Positions 62,625-64,000 of a DNA stretch of 64,000 nucleotides are shown in pieces (position 1 is the first letter of the stretch; every line of letters starts with the position of its first letter). The notes under the pieces were generated by a model. It saw only the letters and a list, made by a program, of their open reading frames with translations, ran no database searches and was not told where the DNA came from. A program made the translations under genes and the position numbers. The stretch lies in the IMG/VR virus record IMGVR_UViG_3300034073_005389, positions 1 to 64,000 of that record; one strand, written 5' to 3'.

Positions 62625-64000
62625 TTATATTGATCCGCCAAAAACTTTTTTAACTAATCTTCCTTGAATAGTACAATTTTCTACATCTATTTCTAAATCA
62701 GAGCCAGCAATTTTTATTTGCTTTGCAGCATATATATTTAAATTACCAGGAGTCATTAAAGTAACTCCATTATTATCTACTCTAAACATAGTTACTGTTT
62801 TTCCATCGTTAAATACACGTAAATCTAACACGGCTCCAATCTGACCATTTACTTGTTTAACAAATCTGCTATCTCCAACTACACCTAGCCCGCCAACTTG
62901 AATAAATACGTCTCCATTCATAGACATAGCTGCGCTCATATTTTTATTATCTCTACCAATGTTAGCTACAATGCCTCCAGCAGTATCTAACCATAAAGAC
63001 TGTCTATCTATAGTATTAGCTCCAACACTCATTTCAATTGATCCATCAAAATTTATTGAGCCGCTACGACCACCGGCATTTGCAGTAGAACCTCCTACTT
63101 GAATAGTATCTGTCACTACGTTTTTTAGTAGTGGAAATTCTTCTACATTGACAAATGGTTTAGAAGGATCTGTATATTGATATTTAACAAAATTATAACT
63201 TTGATGTGCGTAGCAAGTAGATAAAATATCGTGATAAGCCGTTCCATGCAACATATTTGCATTATATCTTCTATCCTTAGGAGTAGCTTCCGCTAAGCCA
63301 TCTTTTACATTGATAGATCCTGGCAAACTATTATAAACTAGTGTATTTAAATCTAACTTAGGAGCGGCAAAAGAATCTTGTAAAATATCAATTAAATCAT
63401 TATCGGGCAATAATTTATCTGGGTTTTCATTATCATCAGGACTTATATTGCAAAAATTTTCATATCTTGTTAAAAGAGCAATATTTCCTTTTTCTGAAGA
63501 AGCCGGGACATTTAATTTAAATTGCCCTTCTTTATCAATGTCAAAGAAAAATCTACTGCGAAGTCTACCATAGTCTGAGTTTGGAAACTTATTATCATAA
63601 CCAAATACATCTACAATATTGTTAGTTGGCTCATCTTCTCCACCAGAAATAGAGGCGCCCAACACATTGGTATTGCTAAAATCTTTTCTAGCATTTAATT
63701 CAAAATGAAAAGCAATTCCTTTTCTTTGTAATGCTCTTATTTTTTTGTAAGACTCTACTCTATCAATAGATATATTACTGTTAATTGTGTTTTGATCTTG
63801 TCCAATAGGAATTGGATATCGATTTATATCCAGAAAATTACCAAAAATATCTACAGCAGTGCCTTTTACTGTCTCCATCAAATAATTTGGAGATTCTAAT
63901 GTTAAGCTAAAAGTGTCTGCCTTACTTTTTCTTCTATTAGGTAAAGAATAAATAGTATTAGTTCCACCAGAAGAACTATAAATTAAAGATTCAGTAGTCT
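62625..64000 (-). CDS. 3' part of a probable baseplate hub/central spike (Gp5/VgrG-like) gene; 5' end lies beyond the window
   Basis: The frame stays open from 63881 to 64000, so the track start is artificial; C-terminal short beta-strand repeats (GSIEMSVG, GGIVANIG, GDVFIQVG, GNLNIYA..QIKIAG) resemble a spike beta-helix; position upstream of gp25/J. Confidence 0.55.
   Translation of the reverse strand, partial: TTESLIYSSSGGTNTIYSLPNRRKSKADTFSLTLESPNYLMETVKGTAVDIFGNFLDINRYPIPIGQDQNTINSNISIDRVESYKKIRALQRKGIAFHFELNARKDFSNTNVLGASISGGEDEPTNNIVDVFGYDNKFPNSDYGRLRSRFFFDIDKEGQFKLNVPASSEKGNIALLTRYENFCNISPDDNENPDKLLPDNDLIDILQDSFAAPKLDLNTLVYNSLPGSINVKDGLAEATPKDRRYNANMLHGTAYHDILSTCYAHQSYNFVKYQYTDPSKPFVNVEEFPLLKNVVTDTIQVGGSTANAGGRSGSINFDGSIEMSVGANTIDRQSLWLDTAGGIVANIGRDNKNMSAAMSMNGDVFIQVGGLGVVGDSRFVKQVNGQIGAVLDLRVFNDGKTVTMFRVDNNGVTLMTPGNLNIYAAKQIKIAGSDLEIDVENCTIQGRLVKKVFGGSI

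Noticed and set aside
1-64000. Stop-codon reassignment (TAG or TGA recoding), as in some huge phages
   Set aside because: Conserved enzymes and ORFs up to 2378 aa are full length under code 11, and TAA, TAG and TGA all end genes at sensible positions.
1-64000. tRNA, tmRNA, rRNA or riboswitch
   Set aside because: Intergenic gaps are mostly under 150 nt and AT-rich; no cloverleaf, T-loop (GTTCRA) context or aptamer was recognised by eye. tRNAscan and Infernal were not run.
1-64000. Eukaryotic giant virus (NCLDV) or bacterial chromosome origin
   Set aside because: SD sequences, sigma-70 promoters, bacterial IF-1 and a contractile baseplate block indicate a phage. Dense unidirectional hypothetical genes and the absence of host housekeeping operons argue against a chromosome.
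42649-64000. Extracellular contractile injection system (eCIS/tailocin) rather than phage tail
   Set aside because: The block is contiguous with phage replication, sigma, RNR and fibre genes; no Afp15-like ATPase or eCIS-style cassette is seen.

Overview
A 64 kb segment of a large, AT-rich (roughly 30% GC in sampled lines) lytic jumbo/huge myovirus-type phage genome, read in the standard genetic code. Nearly all genes are on the minus strand; two short plus-strand islands (1-1245, ending in infA; 4397-6744, IMPDH/GMPR-thyA-folA) are the exceptions. In minus-strand transcription order the window holds: a contractile-tail baseplate block (spike-like gene cut by the window edge, gp25-like, a 1363 aa baseplate J-like, a 2378 aa LamG wedge, a 1339 aa dockerin-motif protein); a glycosyltransferase / dTDP-glucose dehydratase / Fpg-Nei cluster; a CetZ/TubZ-like tubulin interrupted by a 470 aa LAGLIDADG intein; a replication block (UvsW-like helicase, DnaC-like loader, DnaB); two FmdB zinc ribbons and a sigma-70-family factor; nrdB/nrdA; PIN-PhoH; methionine aminopeptidase; a tail-fibre/adhesin block with collagen and beta-helix repeats, including one high-GC swapped-in module; and accessory enzymes (FAD oxidoreductase, DEDDh exonuclease, degenerate macro domain, M23 and papain-like peptidases). 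No tRNA, rRNA, CRISPR array, integrase or transposase was seen. All calls come from motif recognition by eye; no database search was run.
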